DNA of 64,000 nucleotides, taken from assembly GCA_965228895.1 (NCBI GenBank), contig OZ245842.1, positions 4,192,001 to 4,256,000 on the forward strand, given 5' to 3'. This DNA comes from Alphaproteobacteria bacterium (GTDB lineage Bacteria > Pseudomonadota > Alphaproteobacteria > SP197). The notes beneath the pieces were generated by a model. It made no database searches. It worked only from the letters and a program-made list of their open reading frames with translations, and was not told the origin of the DNA. How positions within the stretch are numbered: the first letter of the stretch is position 1; each line of letters starts with the position of its first letter. A program made the translations under genes and the position numbers. Positions 20,350 through 30,743 of this stretch are shown piece by piece.

Positions 20350-21120
20350 ATGACGGACAAGACGGGAATCATTCGGCTGGAACGTGACGGCCCTGGCGGT
20401 GTGGGACTAGAGAGAATGGCGCTCGATCCGAAGGATTTTCAATCCGACCTGCCGGATCAGCACATCCATGTCTACTACGAAGACCCTGCGCTCGGCATGA
20501 CTGTCGGCGTGTGGACGACGACCGACATGCAGGAGGCGTTCGGTCCCTACCCGGACGACGAGTTCATGGTTGTGCTCGAGGGACGCGTCGTCATGATCGA
20601 CGGGAAAGGCCATGAAACGCCGGTCGAGCAAGGCGAGTCCTTCTTCCTGCGCAAGGCCATTCCGATCAGCTGGAAGCAGGAGGGTTTCCTGCGGAAATTC
20701 TTCATCACTTACTCCGATCCGAACGCCCCCGTCCCCCGGATCGACTCGGCCGAGGGCGGCGTCATCGTGTTCAACCCCCAGGCGCTTGAGGCAGGCCTTG
20801 TGCCCCAGGCCGAGCCCATCGGCGGCGGCACCCAACGCGACAACCTCGTCTTCACCAACGATAGGGGGAACATGACCGTCGGCATGTGGGAGACGTCAGC
20901 CTTCGAAAGTCAGATGCAGCCCTTCTCTGTCCATGAGTTTGCACAAATCGTCGCGGGCGACGTTACGATCACCGACGCTGACGGTACGCAACACACCTTC
21001 GCGGCCGGCGACGTCGTCTTTGTCCCCGAGGGCACGGTATGCAGCTGGAGAAGCGACGGTGGCCTGAAGAAGTTCTATGCCATCGTCGACCCCAACGCCG
21101 GTCGAGAGGTCGCGCGATGA
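20350..21120 (+). CDS. Tandem cupin (DUF861/EutQ-like) protein
   Basis: Two repeats of the G(V/M)W...E...G.V.(I/M).D..G pattern, ending RKFF and KKFY. Confidence 0.82.
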   Translation: MTDKTGIIRLERDGPGGVGLERMALDPKDFQSDLPDQHIHVYYEDPALGMTVGVWTTTDMQEAFGPYPDDEFMVVLEGRVVMIDGKGHETPVEQGESFFLRKAIPISWKQEGFLRKFFITYSDPNAPVPRIDSAEGGVIVFNPQALEAGLVPQAEPIGGGTQRDNLVFTNDRGNMTVGMWETSAFESQMQPFSVHEFAQIVAGDVTITDADGTQHTFAAGDVVFVPEGTVCSWRSDGGLKKFYAIVDPNAGREVAR

Positions 21121-21252
21121 CCTTCACGTCACGAATGCGCAGCTCGCGATACGAGCGAAGCGTTTGACGTCACAAAGATTGGGTTTCCTGGCTTAAACGG
21201 TTTAAGACAAGCGGCTGCAGCCCTTCTGGTAAGTGAGCGAGGTTAATCAGCC

Positions 21253-21399
21253 ATGAAACGCAACCTTCTTTATCTTCTCATCGGTGCGCTTGTCGTCGTC
21301 GTGGCGGTGTTGGGGTACGTCGTCTACGAAGATCAGCAGCGCTCCTCCAGCATCGACATCAGTGTCGGCGACGACGGGGTTTCCATCGAAACGGACTGA
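21253..21399 (+). CDS. Small (48 aa) single-pass membrane protein, not in the ORF track
   Basis: MKRNLLYLLIGALVVVVAVLGYVVYEDQQRSSSIDISVGDDGVSIETD, with a GAGG RBS upstream. Confidence 0.7.
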   Translation: MKRNLLYLLIGALVVVVAVLGYVVYEDQQRSSSIDISVGDDGVSIETD

Positions 21400-21617
21400 C
21401 GCGGCGGCAGAAGCCGGTGTCACCCCAAGGCGCTATTGCGACTCGCTGAGAACGTCGATGGTTTGAACCAGCCCGATGCGGCTGCATGTCACCGTGAGAA
21501 CGTAGCCGGGGATGCGCCGTCGACATCGCTCCGAGCAGCCGCTCTCGCTAGGTAGCCCTAGAGGACATTGCCCAATTCGCTTTGCCGAGAACGGTGGCGA
21601 GCGATCGTGGAGCAAAT

Positions 21618-21804
21618 AGTCTGCTGCGAACCTGACGGTGGCGAAACTTCCCTGTTCACAGGTAGATTCTGCATTCATTGCCAGCTTCTGAGATTATCCT
21701 GGCAACGCATGCAGTGTTTTAATCTGCTTAGAGAAATGTTCCCTGTGACACAGAACAGAGAACTATGGGCACCAAGCAGGCTATTCTCTTACCGGGTAAG
21801 GGAA
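21618..21804 (+). repeat. Degenerate copy A of the ~200-250 bp CAGGGAA-rich boundary repeat (no dif-like site)
   Basis: AGTCTGCTGCGAACC...TTCCCTGTTCACAGG...TTCCCTG...GAACAGAGAA aligns with the copies at 45.5 and 59.5 kb. Confidence 0.7.
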
Positions 21805-21809
21805 GCGCG

Positions 21810-22370
21810 GTGAGTGATTCGGCGCGCCTTCGCATGGATGCTCGGGCCAACTGGATACGTGGCGCAGTCTATTTCCTGGCGCCACTCATCATGGCGTTCG
21901 GACCGAATTGGGCTCCTCTGATTCTGGTTTCCGGTGCCATCTATGAAGGCATAGTGCTTGTCAAAAGGCGGACCTCTGTTCCGCAGCGGATTCTGATCCC
22001 GGCCATCATTTTTGCTGCTTTCGTCTTTTGGGCTGCACTATCGGCGTTCTGGTCGCTCACCCCCGCCGAATCAGTTGAAAAAGCGGCGGCGATCCTGGGT
22101 TTAGGCGCTTGCGGATTTCTGCTTTTGGTCGGCGCCGCCAACTGCACCGAAACGCACAAGCGGACCATCGCGCTTTCCATGGCCTTCGGCACCGCGCTGC
22201 TTGCCTTGCAGATTGCCTTCGAAGTTGTAAGCGGTGGCGCCATCGCGCGGTTGCTGCACCCGCCGGATACCGAATTCGGATTGAGTGTGCTGATTCGCCT
22301 GAAGCCGGGAACCAGTGTGCTCGCCATCTTTGTCTGGCCGGCCTTGTCGCGCCTGGTGGCGTCATGGTGA
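21810..22370 (+). pseudogene. O-antigen ligase-like membrane protein, N-terminal fragment only
   Basis: Hydrophobic helices with WAALSAFWS and LKPGTSVLAIFVWPA. Ends abruptly at the junction near 22340. Confidence 0.6.
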
Positions 22371-23098
22371 TCACCGCCGTACCGCTGGCGGGTTTCATGC
22401 CCAACATCCTGCGCAAACTGCTGGCGCTGCGCCTGATACGCCCGGACGAGGACTTCGACGCCACGACCGAGCGGTTGCTGGCCGCGTTTTCGCCGCATCT
22501 TGCGACCATCAACGGCATGACCCGCAGCCATCGGGACTGGGTCCACGACTGCATGATGAACCCGCACTATCTCCATGTCGCCCTGCCGTTCGACACCCTG
22601 CTGGATGCCATGGGCGACGGCATGGAGGTGCTGGCGACATCGCCCCGCTTTGCGCCGGACTGGCGCTGGTTCAAATCCATGACCGGCGCCGGACGTTCGT
22701 TCAACGATCACCTCCTGGCCGGCGAGCTGGCAGATCTGCACAACTTCATGGACTGTCGCAAGGTCTTGCCCAGACGCCAGCCCGACGACAACACGGCCCT
22801 GGCGCTTGCCCTTCGCGACGGCTACCGGGCCGCCCTTACCTGGCAGGACGCCCATGGTGGCGATGATGCCGACGCCCTTGCCGCAGCCGGCGCCTCAGTC
22901 TCCGGCTGCCTCCAGGCGCTCACCGAAGCGTTCGCGACGATCGATCCAGCCACCGCCGCGGCCTTTAAGGAACTGCAGGAGTTATGGGAAAGCCCGGACG
23001 TCACGGCGCAGGACGTCGCGTCCCTCGACCTGTTCGCTCAGTTGTTCGGCCGCGAGACCGTCTACGTGTCGCTGACCCGCACCGCCGACCATGGCTGA
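22334..23098 (+). pseudogene. Class I SAM methyltransferase, C-terminal fragment
   Basis: Begins at LAGLVAPGGVMVIT (late methyltransferase motif) and lacks the SAM-binding motif I. Its stop overlaps the next gene. Confidence 0.6.
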
Positions 23099-24032
23099 CC
23101 GCGGCCACGTGACGACGCGCTTGAGTGTCGTCACGTCGGTTCTTAACGGCGAACCCTTTATTGCCGACATGCTGGCATCGGTGCCGCCTCATGATGCCGT
23201 CGAGCATATCGCCATTGACGCCGGTTCGACCGACGGCACGGTCGAGCGGCTGCGGCGGACGCCATCGGTCAGGCTGCTCGAACGTCCCGGCGCCAGCCTC
23301 TACCAGGCGTGGAACGAAGCCATCGATCTGGCCAGCGGCGATAGCCTGCTGTTTCTCAACGCCGATGACCGGCTGCAGCCCGCCGGCATCGACGCGGTGC
23401 TGGACGCGCTGGCCGCCGATCCTCAGGCCGACATTGTGCAAGCCGGCGCAGAGGCTTTTGCCGCCGACCCCAACGAGGCCGGTAACGAGCGTCTGGTCAT
23501 GCGCTATCCCGAACCGCAGGCGGGATTCGATCTGATCGACCTGTCGTTCGGCGCGCCGACGATCAATGCCAAGGTTTTCAGGCGCCGGGTTTTCGAGCGC
23601 TACGGAAGATTCGACGACCGCTATCGGCTGGCGGCCGACCGGGCATTTCTGCTGCGCATGGCGTTGTCCGCTTCGCCACCGCGCTGCGCCGCGATCGCAA
23701 CCGTGCTCTACAACTACCGTATTCATCCCGGCTCGATGACCCTGGACTTTTCCTGGCGCCGCCGGGCGAGCATGGCGCGTGAGCACAGGCAGATTGCCGA
23801 CGCCCTCATCGCGCGCGATATGGTGGCGCCCGACATCGCCGCCACCTTATCGGCGTGGCGCGCACGCGAAGCCATCGCAGAGGTCGCAAGTGAGCTGGCC
23901 CAGGCTCACGTTACAGCCGTCTTCGAACCACTTGGCGCCTTGGCGCGCAGCTTTCCGGCCGCGCTTGTCGCGCTCGGCAGGGCGCGACGTTTGCGCCGGT
24001 GCTGGCTGAACCGCGTGGAGCAGCTTGCGTGA
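23091..24032 (+). CDS. Glycosyltransferase family 2
   Basis: LSVVTSVLNG, IDAGSTDGT, LFLNADD, FDDRYRLAAD. Confidence 0.9.
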   Translation: MADRGHVTTRLSVVTSVLNGEPFIADMLASVPPHDAVEHIAIDAGSTDGTVERLRRTPSVRLLERPGASLYQAWNEAIDLASGDSLLFLNADDRLQPAGIDAVLDALAADPQADIVQAGAEAFAADPNEAGNERLVMRYPEPQAGFDLIDLSFGAPTINAKVFRRRVFERYGRFDDRYRLAADRAFLLRMALSASPPRCAAIATVLYNYRIHPGSMTLDFSWRRRASMAREHRQIADALIARDMVAPDIAATLSAWRAREAIAEVASELAQAHVTAVFEPLGALARSFPAALVALGRARRLRRCWLNRVEQLA

Positions 24033-24704
24033 TTGGCCAAAACGGGAGGCAAAGCAGCGACCGTGCATATCGGGCTTGACCTCGACAACACGATCATCGA
24101 CTACAACCGCGCATTTCCGGCGGTCGCCGAATCATTGGGCCTGCTTCAGGCGGATCACGGCCTGATCGACAAGGCGGCGGTGAAAGCAAACCTGATGGCA
24201 TCCGAAGGCGGCATGGAACGATGGATGCGCCTTCAAGGCCAGGTCTATGGACCCTGCCTTAGCCAGGCACGGTCCTTTGACGGTCTTGACGATTTCCTCG
24301 CCCATGCGTCGTCACACGGCTACCGCGTCAGCGTCGTCAGCCACAAGACCGAAGCCGGCCATTTTGATGAGACACGCACGCATCTATGGGACGCTGCGCG
24401 TGACTGGCTCAGGACAGCAGGTTTGCTCGGCGGTTCGGGCCACCCCATTCGCGAAGACGACGTCTTTTTCGAAACCACACGTGCTGCGAAAATCCGGCGC
24501 ATCGGCACCATCGGTTGCGATGTCTTCGTCGATGACCTGGTTGAGGTTCTCGCTGATGCCGCCTTCCCGAGGCATGTCGCACGGGTTTGGTTCACCGGTG
24601 CATCCAACAGTATGTCCACACCTCATGCGATCGCTGGCTTGACGAGGGTCGACCATTGGTGCGACATGGCTATGGTGGTTGATAGCATGCAGAAAGCGAC
24701 CTAA
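24033..24704 (+). CDS. HAD-superfamily hydrolase-like protein
   Basis: IGLDLDNTI (motif I), VSHKT, FVDDL (motif IV). Confidence 0.75.
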   Translation: MAKTGGKAATVHIGLDLDNTIIDYNRAFPAVAESLGLLQADHGLIDKAAVKANLMASEGGMERWMRLQGQVYGPCLSQARSFDGLDDFLAHASSHGYRVSVVSHKTEAGHFDETRTHLWDAARDWLRTAGLLGGSGHPIREDDVFFETTRAAKIRRIGTIGCDVFVDDLVEVLADAAFPRHVARVWFTGASNSMSTPHAIAGLTRVDHWCDMAMVVDSMQKAT

Positions 24705-24810
24705 AGTTGCCGTCACGTCGATATGTTGTTTCATAGCGTGTATTTTCGATCCGTCTGCCTTACGGCAGCCACGGCGCAAGACCACACGGCTTGGTTTGGC
24801 GGTTTGAACG

Positions 24811-25674
24811 ATGGGTCGTCGGCGCGTGGACCAGGCCTTGTCTGATCTCGCCATCAACGACCTGCCCTTGGACGAGAGATCGCTCCAACTCCGCAGGCTG
24901 GTCGTGCGCGGCCTCAAGGGCGGCAATCGCGGCCATGTCGGTTCGTCGATGTCCCTGATCGAGTTGCTGCGTGTGCTCTATGACGACATCTTGCGTTACG
25001 ACACCGCTAAGCCGACATGGCCTGATCGCGACCGCTGCATACTCAGCAAAGGGCACGGCTGTCTGGCGCTCTATGCGCTGCTTGTCGACAAGGGCTTTGT
25101 TAACGCCGACGAACTCGATCGCTTCTGCCGGCCCGGTGGTACCATGGGCGGCCACCCCGAACGCGACAAGGTGCCTGGTGTCGAGGCGTCGACCGGCGCG
25201 CTTGGCCACGGCCTGTCGATCGGTATCGGCATGGCCCTTGCCGCGCGTGCCCAACGGCGTGACAGCCGGATATTCGTCGTGATGGGCGATGGCGAGATCA
25301 ACGAGGGCTCGGTCTGGGAAGCAGCCCTGTGCGCGGGCAAACACGGTCTGCACAGTCTCACGGCAATCGTCGACTACAACAAAATTCAATCCGCCGGCTT
25401 CACCCGTGACATCCAGGATCTTGAGCCGCTTGTCGACAAGTGGCGCAGCTTTGGGTTTGCGACGACGGAGGTCGATGGCCATGACGTCAACGCTCTACGT
25501 GCGGTGTTTCAGGACCTGCCGCTCGATGGCGCACGGCCCACCACCGTGATCTGCCACACGGTCAAGGGCAAAGGCCTGCCATTCGCCGAAAATGAACCCA
25601 AATGGCACCATCATTCGAATTTCAAGCCGGATGTTCTGGAGGCGATGGACGCAGCGCTCGGAGGGTCGGCGTGA
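24811..25674 (+). CDS. Transketolase, N-terminal (TPP-binding) subunit
   Basis: GHVGSS, DRCILSKGH, STGALGHGL, GDGEINEG, HTVKGKG. Confidence 0.93.
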   Translation: MGRRRVDQALSDLAINDLPLDERSLQLRRLVVRGLKGGNRGHVGSSMSLIELLRVLYDDILRYDTAKPTWPDRDRCILSKGHGCLALYALLVDKGFVNADELDRFCRPGGTMGGHPERDKVPGVEASTGALGHGLSIGIGMALAARAQRRDSRIFVVMGDGEINEGSVWEAALCAGKHGLHSLTAIVDYNKIQSAGFTRDIQDLEPLVDKWRSFGFATTEVDGHDVNALRAVFQDLPLDGARPTTVICHTVKGKGLPFAENEPKWHHHSNFKPDVLEAMDAALGGSA

Positions 25675-26618
25675 GAAAGACTTGCATCAACATGGTCTAC
25701 AATCTGGCCAAACGCGATGAACGCGTGACGTTCATCGGTTCGGACTTGAGCCCCGGCCTGCTTGACGACATGAAACAGGAGATGCCCGAACGGCATTTCA
25801 TGGAGGGCGTGACCGAGGCCAATGTCATTGGCATGGCGGCCGGCATGGCGATGGACGGGTTTGTTCCCTACGTCAACACGATCGCAACGTTCATCACGCG
25901 GCGCTGCTACGAACAGGTGGCGCTTGACTTGTGTCTGCACGACCTGCCGGTTCGGCTGATCGGCAACGGCGGCGGCCTGGTCTACGCACCACTGGGCCCG
26001 AGCCATCTGGCCGTCGAAGACATCGCGATCATGCGCGCCCTGCCCAACATGACGGTTACCGCCGTCGCCGATGCCGACGAGATGGTGCGGCTGATGGAGG
26101 CATCGCTCGACTGGCCGCACCCCATCTATATTCGTCTCGGTAAAGGTGGCGACCCAATCGTCAGTGATCCCGCGGGCGGATTCGAAATCGGCAAAGGGAT
26201 CGTCATGCGCGGCGCAGAGACCGCGGACTATGCGTTGATGATTTCGACCGGCATCATGACCAGCCGCGCCCTCGAAGCCGCCAAGCAACTCGCCAAAGAA
26301 GGTGTGGATGTCGAAGTCATCCACCTTCACACGCTCAAACCGTTGGACACGCAACTTGTTGTCGAACGCGCCCGCCACGCGCAGTGCATCTGCACGATCG
26401 AGGAGCACACGATCATCGGTGGCCTGGGCAGTGCCGTCCTCGATACGCTCGTCGAAGCGGGGCTGGATCGATTGCCGCCGATACGCCGCTTCGGCATTCC
26501 CGACCGCTTCGTCGACAGCTACGGTGTCCAAGATGACCTGCTTGAGCGCTTTGGCCTGCAAGCGCCCCAGATCGCAGCGTCCTTGCGCGCTCTGATGCGT
26601 CTGGAGGACGTTGCCTGA
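25671..26618 (+). CDS. Transketolase, C-terminal subunit
   Basis: EGVTEAN, GPSHLAVED, YIRLGK, TLKPLD, TIEEH..IGGLGS. GTGA overlap with the upstream stop. Confidence 0.93.
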   Translation: MRKTCINMVYNLAKRDERVTFIGSDLSPGLLDDMKQEMPERHFMEGVTEANVIGMAAGMAMDGFVPYVNTIATFITRRCYEQVALDLCLHDLPVRLIGNGGGLVYAPLGPSHLAVEDIAIMRALPNMTVTAVADADEMVRLMEASLDWPHPIYIRLGKGGDPIVSDPAGGFEIGKGIVMRGAETADYALMISTGIMTSRALEAAKQLAKEGVDVEVIHLHTLKPLDTQLVVERARHAQCICTIEEHTIIGGLGSAVLDTLVEAGLDRLPPIRRFGIPDRFVDSYGVQDDLLERFGLQAPQIAASLRALMRLEDVA

Positions 26619-27433
26619 TGGCTGTTGTGGAACACTTCGAGTCATCTGGCGACAACACGGCAAGCGCAGCCTTCCTGCGTGACGGCTATGTCGTTGTCGA
26701 GGCCGAAAACCGGTCCGGGCTCGATCAGATCAGATCCTTGGCCGCGAGCAGCGCGCGCGATCATTTGGGCCTGCCATCGTCAGATGATGATGGACGATTG
26801 CTGAACGAGATCCATGCCCACGTCGACGCCGATACCCTCAACGCGCTACGCCTGGCAGCGATCAACCGCCTGCGGACAGCTGCGTGGTTCCGCCCGACCT
26901 ATTATTCGCTGGCACGCACGGCGCTTCAGCAGATCGTCGGCAACGAGCTGGCCATGCAGCGCGGTATCGGCCTCAGCATTCAACTGCCGGACGATGAGAG
27001 CTCTCTCCTGCCGATTCACGCCGATGTTTGGGACGGCGATTCACCCTTTGAGGTCGTCGCTTGGGTGCCGCTGGTCGACTGCTATCAAACCAAGAGCATG
27101 TACATCCTGCCGCTTGAAAGGGATCGGGCGCGTCAGGCAGATGTCTCGGCCAATCAGCACGGCGGCGCAGAGGCGCTCTTCACCGCGGTGTCGGATGACG
27201 TAACGTTTCTCGACATCCAATATGGCTCGGTGCTCGTCTTCAGCCAAACGTTGATGCACGGCAATCGGGTGAACCGCGAAACGGAGACGCGGTGGAGCAT
27301 GAACTGCCGTTTCAAGAGCGCCATGTCGCCCTATGCCGGCAAGAAGCTTGGTGAATTCTTTGAGCCGATCACGTTGCGGCCAGCATCGAAGCTTGGTCTC
27401 GCCTACAAGCTTCCGGACGGGTTCCATGAATGA
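26618..27433 (+). CDS. Fe(II)/2OG oxygenase of the 'sporadic carbohydrate cluster' type
   Basis: GNELAMQR, LSIQLPDDESSLLPIHADVW.GDSPFEVV, HGNRVN.E.ETRWSMNCRFK. Family recognised from memory. Confidence 0.75.
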   Translation: MAVVEHFESSGDNTASAAFLRDGYVVVEAENRSGLDQIRSLAASSARDHLGLPSSDDDGRLLNEIHAHVDADTLNALRLAAINRLRTAAWFRPTYYSLARTALQQIVGNELAMQRGIGLSIQLPDDESSLLPIHADVWDGDSPFEVVAWVPLVDCYQTKSMYILPLERDRARQADVSANQHGGAEALFTAVSDDVTFLDIQYGSVLVFSQTLMHGNRVNRETETRWSMNCRFKSAMSPYAGKKLGEFFEPITLRPASKLGLAYKLPDGFHE

Positions 27434-27836
27434 GCGTAGAGGCCATCGTGGCTATATTGGCTCACGCAGCTACTTTGGCGCCAACCCGCCACAACATGTC
27501 CAGAACCTGGTGATCCGCGATTTCTGTACGCGCAATGACTTTCGGTTCCTCCTCTCTGCGACGGAATACGCGATGCCCAGCTGCTACATGATCCTGGAAG
27601 ACGTCATCCAAGAGGCGCCAAGACTTGATGGTATCGTCTTCTACTCGATCTTCATGCTGCCCATGCGCCAAGATCGCCGCGTGAGCTCTGTGCGACGCGT
27701 TCTTGAGTCCGGAGCGACGTTACATGGCGCGGTTGAGAGCATGCATGTCCGAAACGACGATGAACTTGCCAGCATGGAACTGCTTTGGGCCATGCGCGAG
27801 ATGCAGAACGCCTCGACCTGCCAATCACCACGTTAA
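27426..27836 (+). CDS. Sporadic carbohydrate cluster protein (LIC12192-like)
   Basis: RGYI.SR, PQHVQNLVIRDFC, LSATEYAMP, GIVFYSIFMLP. Overlaps the upstream oxygenase. Confidence 0.72.
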   Translation: MNERRGHRGYIGSRSYFGANPPQHVQNLVIRDFCTRNDFRFLLSATEYAMPSCYMILEDVIQEAPRLDGIVFYSIFMLPMRQDRRVSSVRRVLESGATLHGAVESMHVRNDDELASMELLWAMREMQNASTCQSPR

Positions 27837-28149
27837 CATGCGGGAATTTTGCATGGTTCGAACGCGTCGATCGCTCCCAGCATCACGCACCAACCGATCG
27901 CAGGACAGGTCCTGGGCCATCGCAGCCGACGGCAGCGTCCGAATAGTACTGAGCCGGACGCCCCTGTCACGGCGTGTCGTGCACGAGTGAAAGCCTGGAT
28001 CGCGAAACCCCATGACGACAGCATTCGCCATCGGCGACGTACGCCTTCTCGTTGAATACCGACATCGATCCGCTAACCTCAACAAGCATTGTCGTTAAGG
28101 CCGTGGCCGTGGCCGACGCCGGCCGCTCCCCGACTGTCGTCGCAATGCG

Positions 28150-29760
28150 TCAGGCAGACCCGTCGTCGAGCCAGACATCTTCCCAGTACATCCATCCGGC
28201 AAACCCATGCGGGTGACCCTTAAGGTTCTTGACCTTGTCGCTATAGGCGTCCAGCCAATTGGTGAAGACCGGTGTCAGGGTTGAGCCTTCGTCACGCATG
28301 ATGATCTGAATGTCGCGGTAGATCTCTTTGCGGACGGCAACGTCCGTCTCCTTGCGTCCCTGAAAAACCAGTTTGTCGAACTCTTCGTTCGACCAGTAGC
28401 TCTCGTTCCAAGCAGCGCCAGACAGATACGCAACAGAGAGCATCAGGTCAGCGGTCGGACGACCATACCAACTTGACGCACACCAAGGCACAACCATCCA
28501 GACCGCACTCCAATACCCGTCTGACGGTGCCTTCTGGACGCTGACGTTCAAGCCGGACTCGTTCATCAGTTCCGCCATGACGACGCTGGCATTGGTTCCG
28601 CCGAACGTCTGGTCCGAGGCGCTCAGCTCGAACGTCGCGTTTTCCATCCCCGCCTCCCTCAGGTAAAAGGCGACCTTGTCGGGATCGTGCGGCAAGGCGT
28701 CGACATCGGCCGCAAAAAACGGATCGAACCGCGGGATCGGGTGGTCGCGACCCACACTGCCGAATCCATCCCATGCAAGCTCCAGCATGCGGCCACGATC
28801 GATCGCATGCTTGATCGCCAGCCTGACATTGTTGTCACTGTAGGGTGCCGTATCAAACCGCATCGGGTATGTGGCATGGGCGCCGCCTGGTTGGTTCAAC
28901 ACATGTGCATCACCAGCGGCTTCGACGCTGCCGATAAGCTGGGCGTCCAGGTCAACCATGATGTCGGCTTCGCCAGCCAGCAACGCATTCACACGCGAGG
29001 CGTTGTCAGGAATACCGAACGTCTCGATCTCGTCGACATAGGGCAATCCCGTGCGGTGATAGTTGGGGAATCGCTCGAACACAGCGACAATGCCGGGGTC
29101 GAACTCCTGCACCTTCCAAGGGCCAGTGCCGACCGCCTCGCCGGCGGCATAGGCTTCGGTATCCTGGCCCTCCGGCTGAACCGTGAAGCGATACTCCGTT
29201 AGCAGGTAGGGAATATCGGCATTGGGCTGTTTCATGTTGAAGACAATGTAGTTTTCACCGTCAGCGACGATGGTGTCGACATCACCCAGATAAGCGTTGG
29301 CCGGCGAACCGACCTCCGGATCGAGGTGACGGTTGAACGAATAAGCGACATCCGCCGCCGTCATCGTTTTGCCGTTGTGGAACTCGACGCCATCCAGCAG
29401 TTCGAACGTCCACTGTGTCGCGTCGCCATTAGGCTCCCAGCTCGTTGCCAGATTGCCGACAAGACCCCGCTCGGGCAGGAAGTCAATCAGCCGGTTATAG
29501 AGCAAGCCGGAACGCATGATATCCGTGCCGCTGGTAATTTTCGCCGGATCAAGCGTGTCGCCGGCATGGCTGCTGTCGGAGGCGACGCGCATATAGCCGC
29601 CCTGCTTCGGCCCGTCCGCGCTTGCTTCCTTGATGGCTTGGCTGACAAACACGCCGGCCGCCGCGGCGGTCAATCCCATGTTCGCCAAACCGGTGTTGAA
29701 GTCCCGTCGCGAAACCTTGCCCTTGAGGAACTCGCGCTTCAGAAGTTCTTTTTTGTCCAA
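28150..29760 (-). CDS. ABC substrate-binding protein, family 5 (peptide/nickel type), Tat signal
   Basis: SRRDF Tat-like motif, LATSWE, FHNGKTMTAADV, GTGPW. AAGGAGG RBS before TTG at 29760. Confidence 0.9.
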   Translation of the reverse strand: MDKKELLKREFLKGKVSRRDFNTGLANMGLTAAAAGVFVSQAIKEASADGPKQGGYMRVASDSSHAGDTLDPAKITSGTDIMRSGLLYNRLIDFLPERGLVGNLATSWEPNGDATQWTFELLDGVEFHNGKTMTAADVAYSFNRHLDPEVGSPANAYLGDVDTIVADGENYIVFNMKQPNADIPYLLTEYRFTVQPEGQDTEAYAAGEAVGTGPWKVQEFDPGIVAVFERFPNYHRTGLPYVDEIETFGIPDNASRVNALLAGEADIMVDLDAQLIGSVEAAGDAHVLNQPGGAHATYPMRFDTAPYSDNNVRLAIKHAIDRGRMLELAWDGFGSVGRDHPIPRFDPFFAADVDALPHDPDKVAFYLREAGMENATFELSASDQTFGGTNASVVMAELMNESGLNVSVQKAPSDGYWSAVWMVVPWCASSWYGRPTADLMLSVAYLSGAAWNESYWSNEEFDKLVFQGRKETDVAVRKEIYRDIQIIMRDEGSTLTPVFTNWLDAYSDKVKNLKGHPHGFAGWMYWEDVWLDDGSA

Positions 29761-29959
29761 TGTCGCCTCCTTGTCTTGCGGGTTGCTGGATCGACTCAAG
29801 CTGATTGGTCTTAAGGCCACCTCTGGCGCATAGACTTCAGCTCGTGCGAACTCTTGATGCCCGCCGACTTTGCAGGTGATGACGTTAGCGCCGCGCGATT
29901 CACGGCGACATCGAACCGGGTTATTTGAAACGGGGAAGCGTTATGGATATCGAACGACG

Positions 29960-30743
29960 TCAGCTCTGTGCTCTTCGATCGAACACACGTGGCGGGATCG
30001 ACCACGTCGCATCGACGTCATGGTCTGGCCAGATCCGGCTGAGATGCCTTGGCATGCCCCCTGGCGTGTAGAACGACAGGCCGGGACTTGCGATAAGGAG
30101 CGGAACGGCGATGCCATCGAAGTTCAGTTCGAAGTGGTAGCCGGACTTCACCACGATGAAGTCCAGGCCTTCTATGGCGACGCCCTGACTCTCGAAAGCA
30201 TTGGGATCGTGACTGAAGGCAGGGTTTGACGAGATGACAATGGACAAACGATCGTCGATGGTCACCACGGCCGATGGCCCCATGGACGTCGGTTCGCCTT
30301 CCTGATAGGGCCCGCGCATCTGAAAGCGGCCATCGGTCAGGTTGGCGACGGTTCCCGTGATCGCCAGGGGCTCAAATCCGGGCGTCATGGCACCGCCCAA
30401 GGACAGTGAAACGGTGGACTCGAGGCCGGCCGCCTGCGCGGCCTGGACGGCGGCAGCATCGGTGACCGGGAAAGCCGCCTTGAACGGGTATGGGTGATCA
30501 AGCGTTGCCGCAAGGATGCTCGTGCTGTCGCCCGGCGCGCCCGCGAGAACGCGGTCGCCCATGTCGCCGATTACAAACGGTAGGGCGTCATCGGATCTTT
30601 CGGTGCTGATCTTGTTGAGGGCATCGTCGATCGATACGAGGTCGTCGACAAACTCTAAGCGTCTTTCCCAAAATGTAGCCGCCAACTCCGACGCGATCGC
30701 GTTCGCGCTCGGCTGCGTCTCATGGGTCAAGACAACCACGGCC
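29960..30743 (-). pseudogene. MlrC/M81-family metallopeptidase, C-terminal part only
   Basis: D.GDRVLAGAPGDST and VVKSGYHF. The N-terminal half is missing; there is an in-frame stop just upstream of the junction. Confidence 0.72.
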
